IMG/VR virus record: IMGVR_UViG_3300020608_000013
Span: 1 to 64,000 of that record
Length of the DNA stretch: 64,000 bases
Direction: 5' to 3' (one strand)
The position numbers and the translations under genes were made by a program. The notes under the pieces were generated by a model. That model was not told the origin of the DNA, made no database searches, and was given only the letters and a program-made list of their open reading frames with translations. Below, piece by piece: positions 22,401 to 31,639 of the stretch. The number at the start of each line of letters is the position of its first letter. Position 1 is the stretch's first letter.

Positions 22401-22781
22401 AGTCACAATGGCTTTAACTGTCCGTAAGCGGAATTCTTTATAGGTTTCCTCCCCGTAGGGCTTGGTTAATATCATAGCCCCTATCATGATATTATCGTGT
22501 ATACGTCTGTAACGGTGGTCTGACCGCCGCCATGTATCACTTATATCTAACCAACCCTTTATAAAGTCTTGGAAACCTGGCACCCGTGTACTTTTTTCTA
22601 ATAAATCTTTTTTCGCCCTCACAAGGTGTAGTAGAATCAACTCTTTGTTGAATCGATCGAAGGGTAGGTCTACTATGTCGTGGTCGTTATGGATTAGTGC
22701 ATTTATGTCTTGGGGTCTTTTATAAACCATCTGTATAGATGGGTATCTGGCTTCAGCGCGTGTTTTTGTGATGTTGCTCAT
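16473..22781 (-). CDS. very large hypothetical protein (2102 aa) between portal and nvRNAP beta genes
   Basis: Uninterrupted 6.3-kb ORF with globular-looking termini and a P/E/D/T-rich middle. No recognisable catalytic motif. Confidence 0.8.
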   Translation of the reverse strand: MSNITKTRAEARYPSIQMVYKRPQDINALIHNDHDIVDLPFDRFNKELILLHLVRAKKDLLEKSTRVPGFQDFIKGWLDISDTWRRSDHRYRRIHDNIMIGAMILTKPYGEETYKEFRLRTVKAIVTAAVLATRESLYKGLVGAEALDIIPLLENALFAECKELHNKICRKGMYPTWKTETQLAFPELLYWDYDRAAEPTAAVIDINRGYLKELGYDEKCPPPCIEGYPEGNKNARLIPGYPYHEANIFEHYFCFEINRATGTIQSSVIFARSITNLNIGEYYKQMAYLQEVGYHAVINNNNDIFDYGKEARAGTLDANKIMKKPRHILGGDNPPVPFTKRVSLHDLHQEKKEGVGTDTLSNLRGSGNNAHILPLNKTGDMTNMNTVFDNSGLAALATPIGTGRSSHRQQTNPNNRELYDKIRNAPYGIIRYLREKLGYDSKSELFSNLHAVTQELYDEAVADVKKRRAEYEACITNSVQQNSFSNNEGAERIYEARYNRIPKLGLPNNIPAHPCKATDSEIEEAIGKFRPNSRAHVPSYDYFVGGFDMSAVTVKEMLEYVYKRTPGRLYMDDRPYDFIFALHLGRAVLTTNAQRYVEYFNVNKTTDDNYIEIPPMVTKEEYDALLAKLTAEDQHVPEPTVVEEKPVVKESSVEDLSQLSININPGDSSPKTHKSKQRTEPYAMGDDEFPLSKPDEAALAETVKDGGSVVSFGYGVGDQRVSVSCKTFVDNPASTYSNTLEEETARREKEMVVNRNRLASVLGEMDSFIEARKEQLVPENDLIPLCDLRGRATEKPINVNADDLAKVYEAYKAKGFYKLFHDKAALPYPSPERLVKDDLVRPEYLTPYLGINIEEDYGVLLDKDEAHDFMQGDILCDQYGAPYVETGQPISQHYRPYLKQGIEFGEQVLSPRSLDILRERVRPDIDYIHPAREVVVDVEGHFVHASEDIAYYMTLKDTDDGFFNRCFSVNPDSGRKWYDERAFLIDNHLKPMHPKLREIAKRYDAKKLERINQCIQTKGANPIVEISTEVCTRHSWLSTKKHCELWPNDCDVLGAYMLLEPLKYVNVGKDHSIAFDSFVNDGMVAHKGAELPKLALDIHAILDVVNDNLGTEAHKRLLQRLKNAFANRIQRLRIGAEDQETLRSLHHIWVDASIDTLKKCGKQFSFTIPKSFVEHQPAPIPGYTIHLDPTPSVAEGPIIKERPMSEEQRELTSMMLEHAETPDPFEDVPRLRVKTAQGHEAVLNDREAVRYAGVTPAERTLGKFDNGRGEILTGSKYDVTEQYADPSSIRYADEVTDDTSTPVKKEASSATLLPDEFTQVDTIEQQLQSKAEWAARNGFSNVQDDRKTPSKEGTAERGVKPPLTDDYLIQEINNIINKAKADNYSEAHCGHLDMVISTAEKFAIDNPHLSEFLNAYSDYYFSITLDKDNPHLCPTQEQLDTLNPFKTVRHDRPKVEDSAYVSGFDSDIPSHGILPTLDQSEPTIAEPDPVVEQTNTVKEKPTVVMGEDGYQYHTIEGVDAEVVMEMFLEYINSKKENVPFSVICTMLYHQLKYPIEAYDERLRVLDGHLSRSRRSKAILPPLRDEKPKGPRKSFKPTDDTISKEIANNLKEHGKRKSVAAVESEPVSNTVDTTASKANVVVDDTPSTTRLGAEEVKALRGLIKNFSEVNLTDLIETSVAKAIEQKISAQPTVDTIDRAEETDPEVLGASLPGGASAKLKPIEKELVAAKTAPIENEEVLREVIAEELTNSTGLPTIDAGNFASLVTSARMEREWVELPARIVVGTTSEKHFGQAEHEGLVTELEGMTLSGKLDKLRALHEEGKLPKFLKRLVLRLEKDMIVQLREIFEIDIKPSKLKLLEKECINLLRKIICDNMIGKYLIAYDTYIEQLNTTFIPNDEGFATPDEIYKATGVTVQYVTNKELIDESDEEDSDVITPEKSSTVVQYSEDDELGDLDFLAEDDLRISQEVNKAIKLSNEGEEIADETYIESDVSQANEPLPAHFTECQHVDHVATTIPYALSVTSDIGVDLGGLPDYKYIQVNGAGDTTARLAKVMIDHASLYRKSYHAYVIVDDENNAYQIQPILGNEDTFAIRLNNDFWRT

Positions 22782-22792
22782 AATAATTTCCT

Positions 22793-24325
22793 TTAGTCTA
22801 ATGGTTCAGTTAAAAGGCCTTGAGTATGGTCAATCAAAGCCCTGTCTTCCGCATCAATGATGGGTTGATTGTGTTTGTCCAAAAATAAGTGGTTGTTCAT
22901 AGTGTTAAAAGGTGAAAGATTGGATTTTCTTACACTGAACACGTTACCAAGCGCCGACGCTACAGCAGGTGTTCGTTCTATTTTACCACCACCTTTACTC
23001 TTCTTGTTACGTGTACCGCCTATTTCTACGTTACCCGTACTCGCTTTTATCATGTTATCACCAGGGTAGTTCATGACATGCGTGTTCGGGTGTTTCCTCA
23101 TTGAATAGACCATCTTCGCTAACGGACGAAGAAGTTTATTCGCGTCGTGGACGCGTAATCGACGTTTACTCGACGCCTTCACCAATTCCCTGACCAAACG
23201 ATTCACCATGATGGACATGAATTGAAATGGCGGTGATAGGTCATAAACTCTGTTCTCAATACTGAGGGGGTCACGCTCACTCTCTAGGAAAGAATCGTAG
23301 TTCATTGTGACATAAAGACATATATCATATATATCACGAATGGCTAATATTTCAGGTTCTTTAAAGTAGATTTGAATTGATTCAAGCGTCATCTTATCGA
23401 CATATTGCTCTAAATGAGTGAAGTGTGTTTCTAACTCATTGACCCTTTTTAGCTCAGGCGATTTTGGATAGATGGCTAGTCCTAGACATCGGTGATAGCT
23501 ATACCGATCGTGTACTTTCTCAACCGTATTGAGGTATTGCGGGTACTGATCGAAAACATCGAGTATGTTTGTCACTAAAATAGATGCTTTGAAACTACAA
23601 CTCGTGTCCTCGGGATGTGGTTTGTAGTGTATATACAACAACGGTGCAGAAGTTGATGTGCTTTTAAACACTTTGGTTTCACTATCCGTTGTCTCGGGCG
23701 TATCAAGTACTTTAAAATCATTAAACCCACATAGTTTAATAGTCTTCTTTAGATTATGTTTAACTAATACATAAAGTAAAGTACTCACCTTATGCTCTTT
23801 TATTATCTCAATATTAGGTACAGTACCGTTTACACGGTGTTTGTCGGTTATGTTTATGGCAAACCGATTATCTTTATGTATTACTTTACGATCTTGTTGT
23901 AATCGTAAGAAAATGGTACTGTTGTTATTTATCGCGATAACACGATCTAATAATGAACGACTAATACCGTACCATACACCTGACAACTCCAAGGTATGTC
24001 CAGGACTCATTACGGGCAGTAGCACGTACTTCTTCACTTCAACATCACCCACTAAAAATGATGTTACTACGCACATTAAACGACTTCTAGACAGGTCAAA
24101 AAGTCGGACTGTGTTACGCAAACACGTTTGTGCCACCTCTTCATCTACAGACGCTCGATAACATCCGTTGTACCGAACCCCTTCAGGTAAGTTACCTGCT
24201 GAAGTACGCCATTGTTTGTCGTACCATTCTAATACAGGGAATAAACAGTGCTCTCCTCGCAATAACTCTATATTGAACGGCTTTCTATTTGGCTTACTTA
24301 AAGCTTTCTTCAATAGAGGATTCAA
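22793..24325 (-). CDS. non-virion RNA polymerase beta subunit, N-terminal half (phiKZ gp123-like)
   Basis: YVLLPVMSPGHTLELSG..YGISRSLLDRVIA...IFLRLQQDR, HFTHLEQYVD, DIYDIC and YPGDN. Position two genes downstream of the MCP matches phiKZ-like order. Confidence 0.8.
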   Translation of the reverse strand: MNPLLKKALSKPNRKPFNIELLRGEHCLFPVLEWYDKQWRTSAGNLPEGVRYNGCYRASVDEEVAQTCLRNTVRLFDLSRSRLMCVVTSFLVGDVEVKKYVLLPVMSPGHTLELSGVWYGISRSLLDRVIAINNNSTIFLRLQQDRKVIHKDNRFAINITDKHRVNGTVPNIEIIKEHKVSTLLYVLVKHNLKKTIKLCGFNDFKVLDTPETTDSETKVFKSTSTSAPLLYIHYKPHPEDTSCSFKASILVTNILDVFDQYPQYLNTVEKVHDRYSYHRCLGLAIYPKSPELKRVNELETHFTHLEQYVDKMTLESIQIYFKEPEILAIRDIYDICLYVTMNYDSFLESERDPLSIENRVYDLSPPFQFMSIMVNRLVRELVKASSKRRLRVHDANKLLRPLAKMVYSMRKHPNTHVMNYPGDNMIKASTGNVEIGGTRNKKSKGGGKIERTPAVASALGNVFSVRKSNLSPFNTMNNHLFLDKHNQPIIDAEDRALIDHTQGLLTEPLD

Positions 24326-24334
24326 CTTTATCTC

Positions 24335-25339
24335 CTAATTTTTGAAAAATGTTATTATCAATTTACCCAGACTAAGAAAACTACCGACCATCTTTGAAAA
24401 ACTCGCCATTAAAGATACCGTATTTTTCACTTTGTCAGGTGGTGGGTGGGGTTTAGTAATTGTAGTTTGCGGGCAGGCGGTCTTTAAATCAAGTAACCTC
24501 TGTTTCTCCCAATCTTCATAATCAATCTTACTCAACTCCTTAATCTTTTCAGTCACGCTTTTTGCGGGCGCATACTCGGTGTATACTATACCTAACTTTA
24601 ACGCGACCTCTAAAGGGTACTCCATACAGTCATAGATATATGAACCAATGGTGTGGTTGTAGTCATATTCTCTTATCCTGACTATAGCTTTTTCGCCTTT
24701 ACGAGGCTGGGACGGTATTTGCACTACACGACCGTAGATAGTCGTGTAATAAGTTTTATCGTCTCCACTTGCAACATAGATGCCAGTGAAATGATAAAGG
24801 TCTTTTCTAGTACCAGGTAATTCGCGACGTATGTCGCGTTCTTTCAAATCCGTTAAAAGTAAAATATCGTGTTGAGGTAGATACACATCTTCCTTCAACA
24901 TCGCAGCTTCTTCTAAATCCTCCTCGGGTATAATGGTTTCTAATTTAATGATTTTACAACCCTGGGCTGTCATTACGCCGCTCGCATTCTCACGTTCCTC
25001 ATCTGTTTGACTTATTTTAAATGAATCAAGGATTGATGTGAAAACCCTACGGTGATTGCCTATCAATACACCTTTTTCAATGAGTAATCTATACATATCT
25101 AAATCACTTTCAAGTGATTCTAAAGGTATATGTAAATGCTCTTGTATAACAACACACCCACGGTATTTAAGTGGCGCATTTTTTAAATCGGGTTCTTTTT
25201 TAACAGGGACTAAAAACCGCCCCTTTAAAAAATAATCCCTACTAGTATAATTAATAAAAACCTTATGTTCGTGGTAACTATTTCTCGTTAATATAGGAGG
25301 TGTTACACGAGCGGTTGGGTCTTTTATTATTTCTCTCAT
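24335..25339 (-). CDS. conserved hypothetical protein (phiKZ gp121/122 position)
   Basis: ORF between MCP and RNAP beta with its own SD (CAGGA). No motif recognised. Confidence 0.65.
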   Translation of the reverse strand: MREIIKDPTARVTPPILTRNSYHEHKVFINYTSRDYFLKGRFLVPVKKEPDLKNAPLKYRGCVVIQEHLHIPLESLESDLDMYRLLIEKGVLIGNHRRVFTSILDSFKISQTDEERENASGVMTAQGCKIIKLETIIPEEDLEEAAMLKEDVYLPQHDILLLTDLKERDIRRELPGTRKDLYHFTGIYVASGDDKTYYTTIYGRVVQIPSQPRKGEKAIVRIREYDYNHTIGSYIYDCMEYPLEVALKLGIVYTEYAPAKSVTEKIKELSKIDYEDWEKQRLLDLKTACPQTTITKPHPPPDKVKNTVSLMASFSKMVGSFLSLGKLIITFFKN

Positions 25340-25424
25340 ATTATTTAAACATCCTGTATTTTTTTACACATAACCCATTATATGTGATCAATACAATAAT
25401 ATATGTTTATGGAAAAATAAATTA

Positions 25425-25457
25425 TACACGCTAACAGGTAATGCCTGTTAGCGTGTA
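25425..25457 (-). terminator. terminator downstream of major capsid gene
   Basis: TACACGCTAACAGG-taatg-CCTGTTAGCGTGTA, a 14-bp stem followed by a T-rich tract on the minus strand. Confidence 0.8.
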
Positions 25458-25469
25458 GGGTTCAGTCAA

Positions 25470-27749
25470 CTATGGCGTTGTGGTAGCGGGGTCTTCTACT
25501 GTTGGGTCTGTGCTGTAATTTAACATTTTAGTTAGCATAGCAGATTCAACACCAGTAATAGATAAGTCAGCCATAACAACAGTATCCATTACATGGGTAA
25601 AGCGAGGTTGTACACACACTTCACGATTTGTTACACCATTACGCTTAATAGGTAAGATGCTTGTAGTCTCAGGTGCGAAGGAGAACGTACCAGGTTTTAA
25701 AGGGTTCAAGTCTTTAGAGTTTGATGGTACGTCAATACACATGATCACACGATCTTTAAACTCTGGGTAAAGTACATCAGCGATGACAGGTTTAGCAAAC
25801 TGAGGGCCTAGTGTACGGAAGTCGCCTTCAATCATCATATACTGGCTCAGATTATATGATGTAGCGATTTTAGGTACTAGTTTCACAGGTGCGCCACCGT
25901 TTAGGCGAGAAGCCACATACTCAATTTCACTTTCTTCTACTAACCGATATAATGTTTCACGCAAGATGTTCACGATGGCTTCACGAGTATCGCGTACTAA
26001 ATCACCACTACTACGTGAATCAACAATATCTGGTAAATGATATTCTTGGCGAATGTAGGCACGGTTAATCAATAAGTCAGAAATACCGAACGCTTGAGGG
26101 TTAACCACCTGATGATCTTCAACACCTACTGTACGGTGTAATAGATCACTACGGTTTAATAGGGCACGCGCAGCGTTAGCGTTAGCTTCAACATGTGTAC
26201 CTTCAATTAAAGTCGCTAGGTCGCTGGTATCTGTCTTATCGTCACTATCTACAGGGTGTAGAATCGTTAAAGGTTCGCGGAAAGGAACGTTATAACGAAC
26301 AGCAAATTGAGTCGACCCTAATAAACGACCACGCGCACTTTTATTGGCTAACGTACGGTTTGCGTTAATTTTGTAGTAGCTTTCACAAGTTTGGAATAGT
26401 GTCTCGATAGCCTTAAAGGTCGCACTATCTTTTGCTAAGACTTCACCATCTGGACCTACAACACTACCTAGTTCAACAATGATGCTGGTAATAATGTGAT
26501 TACCTGTCTCAACATTAAACTTACCATCAACAATCATCATCACGCGTACTTTAAGATCATTGTCGACCACTGCACTTAATGATGTTAATGCTGCATTACC
26601 GACACCCTTAGTATCTTTATGGATCGTAAGGTTAGCTGTCTCAAAACTCAACGCCATCTCACGGCTCTCACCTTGAGTAGTGTGCGTGAAGTTGCTGAAA
26701 GGCATGTCTTTCACTGGGAAGATGATCGCATCGTCACCAATTTTACATAACACGCTGTTTAAAGCAAGTGATCCTGGATCAACGTCATGGGTAATGTCAG
26801 GCTTACCCTCACCTAACATATGATCTGTTGCACACAGGCTAATATAACCCATACGACGACCAGGTTTCAAGAACGAGGTCATGACTGGTTCTTGGTTAGT
26901 AACGTCACGTAATTTAGGTTCTACAACATCTTCAGGTGCAAAATAGTCTTTTGTACTTTCTTTATACACAGGAATCATTTCTGTGACGTTGCTTTCTAAT
27001 AAGTGCATGTCACTACCCGCACGTAGTAAGTTACGACGGTTGCTGTCGAACGGTGTACCATCTGTTTCGTGCAACTTATCATCTTGTACAAAATGTACAG
27101 GTGCGGTGATTACATAACCAATAGAGTTTGGTGAAATGATGTTAGGCTGGAAGAATGCTTGCGATAACGCATCTTGAGCAGGTGCATGTAAATTATACTG
27201 GATGGTATAACTTTCGGCAACTTGTGTCTCAGTTTCATTGTAAGCTTCAAGTGAAGCAATGTTCTTCAATTCCGTAGAACGACTTAGTGAAACATTAGTT
27301 GTTTCACTCATACCTGTAAAAGCAGCCGTTTCTAACCCTACAGTAGGTACTGCGTCAGGTGTAGCTAACGAACTACGTTTGATATTATGGGTCAAACCAG
27401 CACCAATCGCAGCAGCCTGTAATTGAGCGTTCGTATAGGTAAATGGTGTACCATCACCTTCACTCATATTGTTCAACGAGAAATCGGTCTCAAGGCTAGC
27501 TGTCTCGATAGACATGACCACTTCATCAGTAAGTTGTTTTAAACGTTCGTGTGTGTCCGTTAAAAACTTCTTACCTGAATGTAGCATTTCTGGAGACGAG
27601 CTTTCTAAACTAAAAAGTACTTTCTCTACAGATTCAGGTGTATGTGTGTTGCCCAAATGAAGCATTGTGCGATCATGTAATTGATCTAGCATAGTACCAC
27701 TACCGACTTCAAGCGGAGTGTTATCGAATAAGTTGTTAATGTTAGGCAT
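25470..27749 (-). CDS. major capsid protein (phiKZ gp120-like)
   Basis: 759 aa. The propeptide carries SLE/GLE prohead-protease motifs, then SLEAYNETE...SYTIQYN, QDALSQAFF and REVCVQPRFTHV. Adjacent to gp119/gp118 homologs. Confidence 0.92.
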   Translation of the reverse strand: MPNINNLFDNTPLEVGSGTMLDQLHDRTMLHLGNTHTPESVEKVLFSLESSSPEMLHSGKKFLTDTHERLKQLTDEVVMSIETASLETDFSLNNMSEGDGTPFTYTNAQLQAAAIGAGLTHNIKRSSLATPDAVPTVGLETAAFTGMSETTNVSLSRSTELKNIASLEAYNETETQVAESYTIQYNLHAPAQDALSQAFFQPNIISPNSIGYVITAPVHFVQDDKLHETDGTPFDSNRRNLLRAGSDMHLLESNVTEMIPVYKESTKDYFAPEDVVEPKLRDVTNQEPVMTSFLKPGRRMGYISLCATDHMLGEGKPDITHDVDPGSLALNSVLCKIGDDAIIFPVKDMPFSNFTHTTQGESREMALSFETANLTIHKDTKGVGNAALTSLSAVVDNDLKVRVMMIVDGKFNVETGNHIITSIIVELGSVVGPDGEVLAKDSATFKAIETLFQTCESYYKINANRTLANKSARGRLLGSTQFAVRYNVPFREPLTILHPVDSDDKTDTSDLATLIEGTHVEANANAARALLNRSDLLHRTVGVEDHQVVNPQAFGISDLLINRAYIRQEYHLPDIVDSRSSGDLVRDTREAIVNILRETLYRLVEESEIEYVASRLNGGAPVKLVPKIATSYNLSQYMMIEGDFRTLGPQFAKPVIADVLYPEFKDRVIMCIDVPSNSKDLNPLKPGTFSFAPETTSILPIKRNGVTNREVCVQPRFTHVMDTVVMADLSITGVESAMLTKMLNYSTDPTVEDPATTTP

Positions 27750-28299
27750 TAAATTTTCCTTGATTTTTTAACTCAATAAATATATGTTTAAAAGTTGTTT
27801 GTGCTACTAGATTATAAGGGTAGGTATCTAAAACACGTTTTAAAATGTATCGCACGAATTCATAACTCACCCTCTCGTCTGTTAATGCGTTGCGATTAAA
27901 ATTATTCTCAATGATTATAAAAATACACCCTTTGTTATTATTTTGATAAACGCTTGCACCCAATCCATCTTTAGACGGTATAATGCAAGTCTCGTCTAGT
28001 AGGCGACCCAACGCATCATTATCGCGTGCTCTCATATCATAGATGATATTGATAGCTTGTTTTAAGTTTTCATCCGTTGTACCTGTCACCCAAGCACTGA
28101 AAAGATTATCAGACACTTTGTGATTTTGTATTAACATATCGTTAATAATACACACATCAACCAAATCCTCTAAAGTGAAATGGTGGCTGAGATACTTTAA
28201 ATCATGTATATTATCAACACCCTCTGGTAGCGTCAAAAGCTTGTCCATAAACCAGTGCGGTGTAATATATGTTTTCATCGAACTTTTAGTTACGATCAT
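27742..28299 (-). CDS. conserved protein upstream of MCP (phiKZ gp119-like)
   Basis: ATG 28299 has a GGAG SD. Position between DnaB and MCP. Motif HHFTLEDLVD. Confidence 0.65.
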   Translation of the reverse strand: MIVTKSSMKTYITPHWFMDKLLTLPEGVDNIHDLKYLSHHFTLEDLVDVCIINDMLIQNHKVSDNLFSAWVTGTTDENLKQAINIIYDMRARDNDALGRLLDETCIIPSKDGLGASVYQNNNKGCIFIIIENNFNRNALTDERVSYEFVRYILKRVLDTYPYNLVAQTTFKHIFIELKNQGKFNA

Positions 28300-28332
28300 A
28301 ACGTACTCCGTGTAGAAGAAAAAGGAATTAGA

Positions 28333-29856
28333 ATGAATATCGAACACATTTTACTAAAATGCGTGGTTTTAACATACAGAGAAACCCTAGCTCAACTAAT
28401 AGAAACTTCATCTGATTTAGTGCTAGACGTTTTCAGTTTAGTGAAGAGCGATCAAGTTAAGGCTGCGCGATTTGAAGTCGATTGCGGTATACGCGAATCG
28501 TTAATGGAATACTTACATAATTACACATCCCGTCCTGTTGAGGAACGCCTTAATAAAAACGCCATCTTAAAAGAAGTGAAGTTTATTTGCCGAACAAACG
28601 AATACCTTTACGAGGCATTCGTAGACCAAATGGATGACCTCGATGAAAAAGAAAATACATTAGCCATCATAGCGTTGAAAGGTAATCTACACGCACATAT
28701 CAATGATAAAAAGATTGCTAATCGGTTGAATAAGGCAGCAATCCGATACATGTATGAGAGACATACTATAAAAGATATGGGGGCGTTTTTTAATGAGTTT
28801 ATCACAGACCTTAGAGATTTAACAAAAGGGAATGATGGTGAGATTAAGGGGCGTATTAGAGGTGTTCGATCAACTGATGAGGACTCGTTTATTGAAGTTT
28901 TAGATGATGCGAGTGACACGGATACGGGTGTTACGGGTATTAAATTTGGCTGGCAATGGTTTGAGAAGATGTTCGGTCATCTAGGAAGAGGAGATTTCTT
29001 TAACGTTAGCGCGTTACCAAATAACTATAAATCAGGCCTTCTATTGAGTCTATTTGGTCAAGCACCTATTTATACAAAACCTGTCATGAAAGACCCTAAT
29101 AAGAAACCTGCGGTGGTATTCTGGTCATTCGAGGACTCTATTGAGAAGAAGCTTAATTTACTATACCGTGCGCGTAAGTTTAATGATGGTGAACGCGTTA
29201 CTAATATTAACGCGACCACTAGTAAAGAAAAATATGATTATCTGAGAAAAGTGTTTGGTGTGAACGGTTATGAGTTTATCATGGAAGAGTTCAACCCTAA
29301 AGAACTCACTTTCATGGACTTGTTCGACCATTACAACCGTTATGAGGCAGAGGGTTTTGAAATACATTTATTGACTATCGACTATCTTTTAAAGATGCCT
29401 ACCACGGGTTGTGATAATAGTATGGCAGGAAACGATGTTGTCGATCTCTATGAGCGAATGAAGGCATTCTTATCCAGTAAAGGTTGTGCGTATCTAAACG
29501 CACATCAGTTAGGGCCAGGCGCTAAGAGACTTCTTTCAGAAGGTATTATCGAATCAAGTTTTGTGAAGCAGTTAGTCGGTAAAGGTTTCTATGACAAATC
29601 GTCGAAAGTTAACCAAATTTTCGATAAAGAGATTTTTACTCATAAGATAACACACGAAGGTAAATCATACCTTAGTGTTGGCTGGGGTAAATTGAGAGAT
29701 GGGGTAACACCTGATAACGCTAAGTACTTTTTACTACCCTTTCCACAAACAGACGAATCTCGTGTAGAGTTCCCCATCCCTGATGATGTAGGGAAAGAGC
29801 CGATACATTTAACTCGCCTGTATACGGAAAGTGCAGACGTAGATAGTTTCTTTTAA
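28333..29856 (+). CDS. dnaB: DnaB-like replicative helicase (phiKZ gp118-like)
   Basis: Variant Walker A VSALPNNYKSG, WSFEDS, Walker B LLTIDYL, LNAHQL and VGWGKLR. ATG 28333 has an AAGGA SD. Confidence 0.88.
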   Translation: MNIEHILLKCVVLTYRETLAQLIETSSDLVLDVFSLVKSDQVKAARFEVDCGIRESLMEYLHNYTSRPVEERLNKNAILKEVKFICRTNEYLYEAFVDQMDDLDEKENTLAIIALKGNLHAHINDKKIANRLNKAAIRYMYERHTIKDMGAFFNEFITDLRDLTKGNDGEIKGRIRGVRSTDEDSFIEVLDDASDTDTGVTGIKFGWQWFEKMFGHLGRGDFFNVSALPNNYKSGLLLSLFGQAPIYTKPVMKDPNKKPAVVFWSFEDSIEKKLNLLYRARKFNDGERVTNINATTSKEKYDYLRKVFGVNGYEFIMEEFNPKELTFMDLFDHYNRYEAEGFEIHLLTIDYLLKMPTTGCDNSMAGNDVVDLYERMKAFLSSKGCAYLNAHQLGPGAKRLLSEGIIESSFVKQLVGKGFYDKSSKVNQIFDKEIFTHKITHEGKSYLSVGWGKLRDGVTPDNAKYFLLPFPQTDESRVEFPIPDDVGKEPIHLTRLYTESADVDSFF

Positions 29857-30527
29857 ACGTAACTGAAGTGGCCGTTGCGCTTCAACTTGGCAAATTTAAA
29901 CTCATCGTTTACCTGTTTCGCCCATACGTAGTGTCCGTTACGACCCTCTGCCAAAGTAACGCGACTATCCTTAAACACACCGTACCGTTCAGAATGATCT
30001 AGTGTGAAGGTAATGATAGGTGAACCGATTGTCTCTCGACAATGGAGTACTAAATAACTATAAGTACCCATTTCGACAACAATAACATCGACTACAGGCG
30101 GAACATACTTTACATAACTTGGGTCAATATCAAAAGGGAAATTAAAAGTTTCGTAATGATGCTTGATATGTAAATAGAACTCGTTTCTAACCCTGTTTAA
30201 ATCAAACATTTTTAACAAACTTCTATTAGTACGCTCCCTTACCTTGACATCTCGAGCATAGAAAAGACTATAGCAACCTGTGGGCGTAGTGCTCTCACAA
30301 AAATGTCTCGGTAATGAAATAGGCGCGTGGAAATAGAAAGGATGGATGGTCCCCTCTTGGGGCCATAGCTCAAATTTCTTATTATCTAATAAAATAGTTT
30401 TCGGTACAATATTATAAATTTTTAAACAATTATACTCTTCGATTTTACATAACTTATCATAGGTATTTGATGTACCAAACGTGTCGTCGATAAGGCGTAA
30501 TAACGTTCTAAGTTTTAAAGGTTGCAT
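29853..30527 (-). CDS. hypothetical protein
   Basis: ATG 30527 with AGGTGG SD lies downstream of a terminator. The longer track start (30608) runs through the hairpin. Confidence 0.65.
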   Translation of the reverse strand: MQPLKLRTLLRLIDDTFGTSNTYDKLCKIEEYNCLKIYNIVPKTILLDNKKFELWPQEGTIHPFYFHAPISLPRHFCESTTPTGCYSLFYARDVKVRERTNRSLLKMFDLNRVRNEFYLHIKHHYETFNFPFDIDPSYVKYVPPVVDVIVVEMGTYSYLVLHCRETIGSPIITFTLDHSERYGVFKDSRVTLAEGRNGHYVWAKQVNDEFKFAKLKRNGHFSYV

Positions 30528-30568
30528 AATTCCACCTATTAAAGAAAAAAAATCTACCGTAGGGTAGT

Positions 30569-30600
30569 CCAGCCATACTACACGGAGGTAGTATGGCTGG
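30569..30600 (-). terminator. stem-loop terminator
   Basis: CCAGCCATACTAC-acggag-GTAGTATGGCTGG, a 13-bp stem, with a T-tract on the minus strand at 30541-30552. Confidence 0.75.
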
Positions 30601-30613
30601 TGGACCAAGTTTG

Positions 30614-30886
30614 TCAGTATATCAAGACATTGAGGAGAGCCTCAATTAAAAATCTTGCAATTAGGTCGAAAACGACCTCTAACAAAAATTTCGTGCGATG
30701 ACCCTCAGCCTTTTCTACTAGGGCTTTGGTTAACTTCTTCGCATAACGCGTAAGAATTTTTTTGAAGGCTCTTTTGAATAAGACCCTTATTATTACTTTT
30801 AAAAGTAATAATAATAGTTCGGTTAAAGAACTTGGACGAAGCTCGTCTAGGTTAGAAGCTACGTCTGTGATAATATCTGCAAACAT
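30614..30886 (-). CDS. small hydrophobic/amphipathic basic protein
   Basis: 90 aa with an AGAGGT SD. Contains LTELLLLLLKVIIRVLFKRAFKKIL. Confidence 0.6.
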   Translation of the reverse strand: MFADIITDVASNLDELRPSSLTELLLLLLKVIIRVLFKRAFKKILTRYAKKLTKALVEKAEGHRTKFLLEVVFDLIARFLIEALLNVLIY

Positions 30887-30943
30887 GGTCTTGTACCTCT
30901 TAGGGTTATTTAGTTAGACTCATGCTTATAATATACAGCTATC

Positions 30944-31639
30944 TCAATCTAAAATAGCACTTTTCTCCGTAGTACAGACAAGTTCTTTAATGTCTTCAAT
31001 ATGTAACCGCAACTCACGTTCTAGAACGCTCCTTACTGTCTCGATGGGTTTAGTGCAGTCTAAATGCACACATTTATCCCAACCTAGTAGACTACAGTTT
31101 TCATAAAAACGTTGGTAATTTTTAACCAACGTTTCTTTGAAGGTACGGTTCTCTTTATCGAAAGTTTTTAAGTTTGTACGTGTACTTTCGCGCTCTAACA
31201 TAGTATCTACATCAATATCACAATAGACATATAAGACGGGTGGTTTGATGAACGATTTATAGTGTGATAAAATCAAGTCCATTGGCGGCATACCGTTCGA
31301 CTCACTATTAATCGACTGGTACGCGAAGAAAGAAGCGATACCCCTGTCAGTGATTGCTATACGATCGTCTTCACGGAGGTTCGGTATTGCGATTGCGTTA
31401 GTGTAGAAGTTAGCTGCGTAAACCGCCATCTTAAGCGCCTCTTTCGACTGAGGTGTACCAGCACGTTTACTTTCTTCATAGATTTCTGTAATGTGGTTAG
31501 CAGCCTCACCTAATTGTGTGCGCTTATAGGACTTAATCTCGTGATCCTTATACAGTGTTTCAATGATTGTTGGTATAACGACACTTGTCTTGCCACTGAA
31601 GTCAGGTCCGTCTACGACGATTAATGGTTGGTATTTCAT
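30944..31639 (-). CDS. tmk: thymidylate (dTMP) kinase
   Basis: P-loop IVVDGPDFSGKTS, AITDRGIASFFAYQ and lid region R..R...FD.E. Confidence 0.9.
   Translation of the reverse strand: MKYQPLIVVDGPDFSGKTSVVIPTIIETLYKDHEIKSYKRTQLGEAANHITEIYEESKRAGTPQSKEALKMAVYAANFYTNAIAIPNLREDDRIAITDRGIASFFAYQSINSESNGMPPMDLILSHYKSFIKPPVLYVYCDIDVDTMLERESTRTNLKTFDKENRTFKETLVKNYQRFYENCSLLGWDKCVHLDCTKPIETVRSVLERELRLHIEDIKELVCTTEKSAILD

Noticed and set aside
28990-29040. Non-canonical DnaB Walker A (ALPNNYKS)
   Set aside because: A variant Walker A is typical of gp118-type jumbo-phage helicases as I recall them, so it is not evidence of inactivation.
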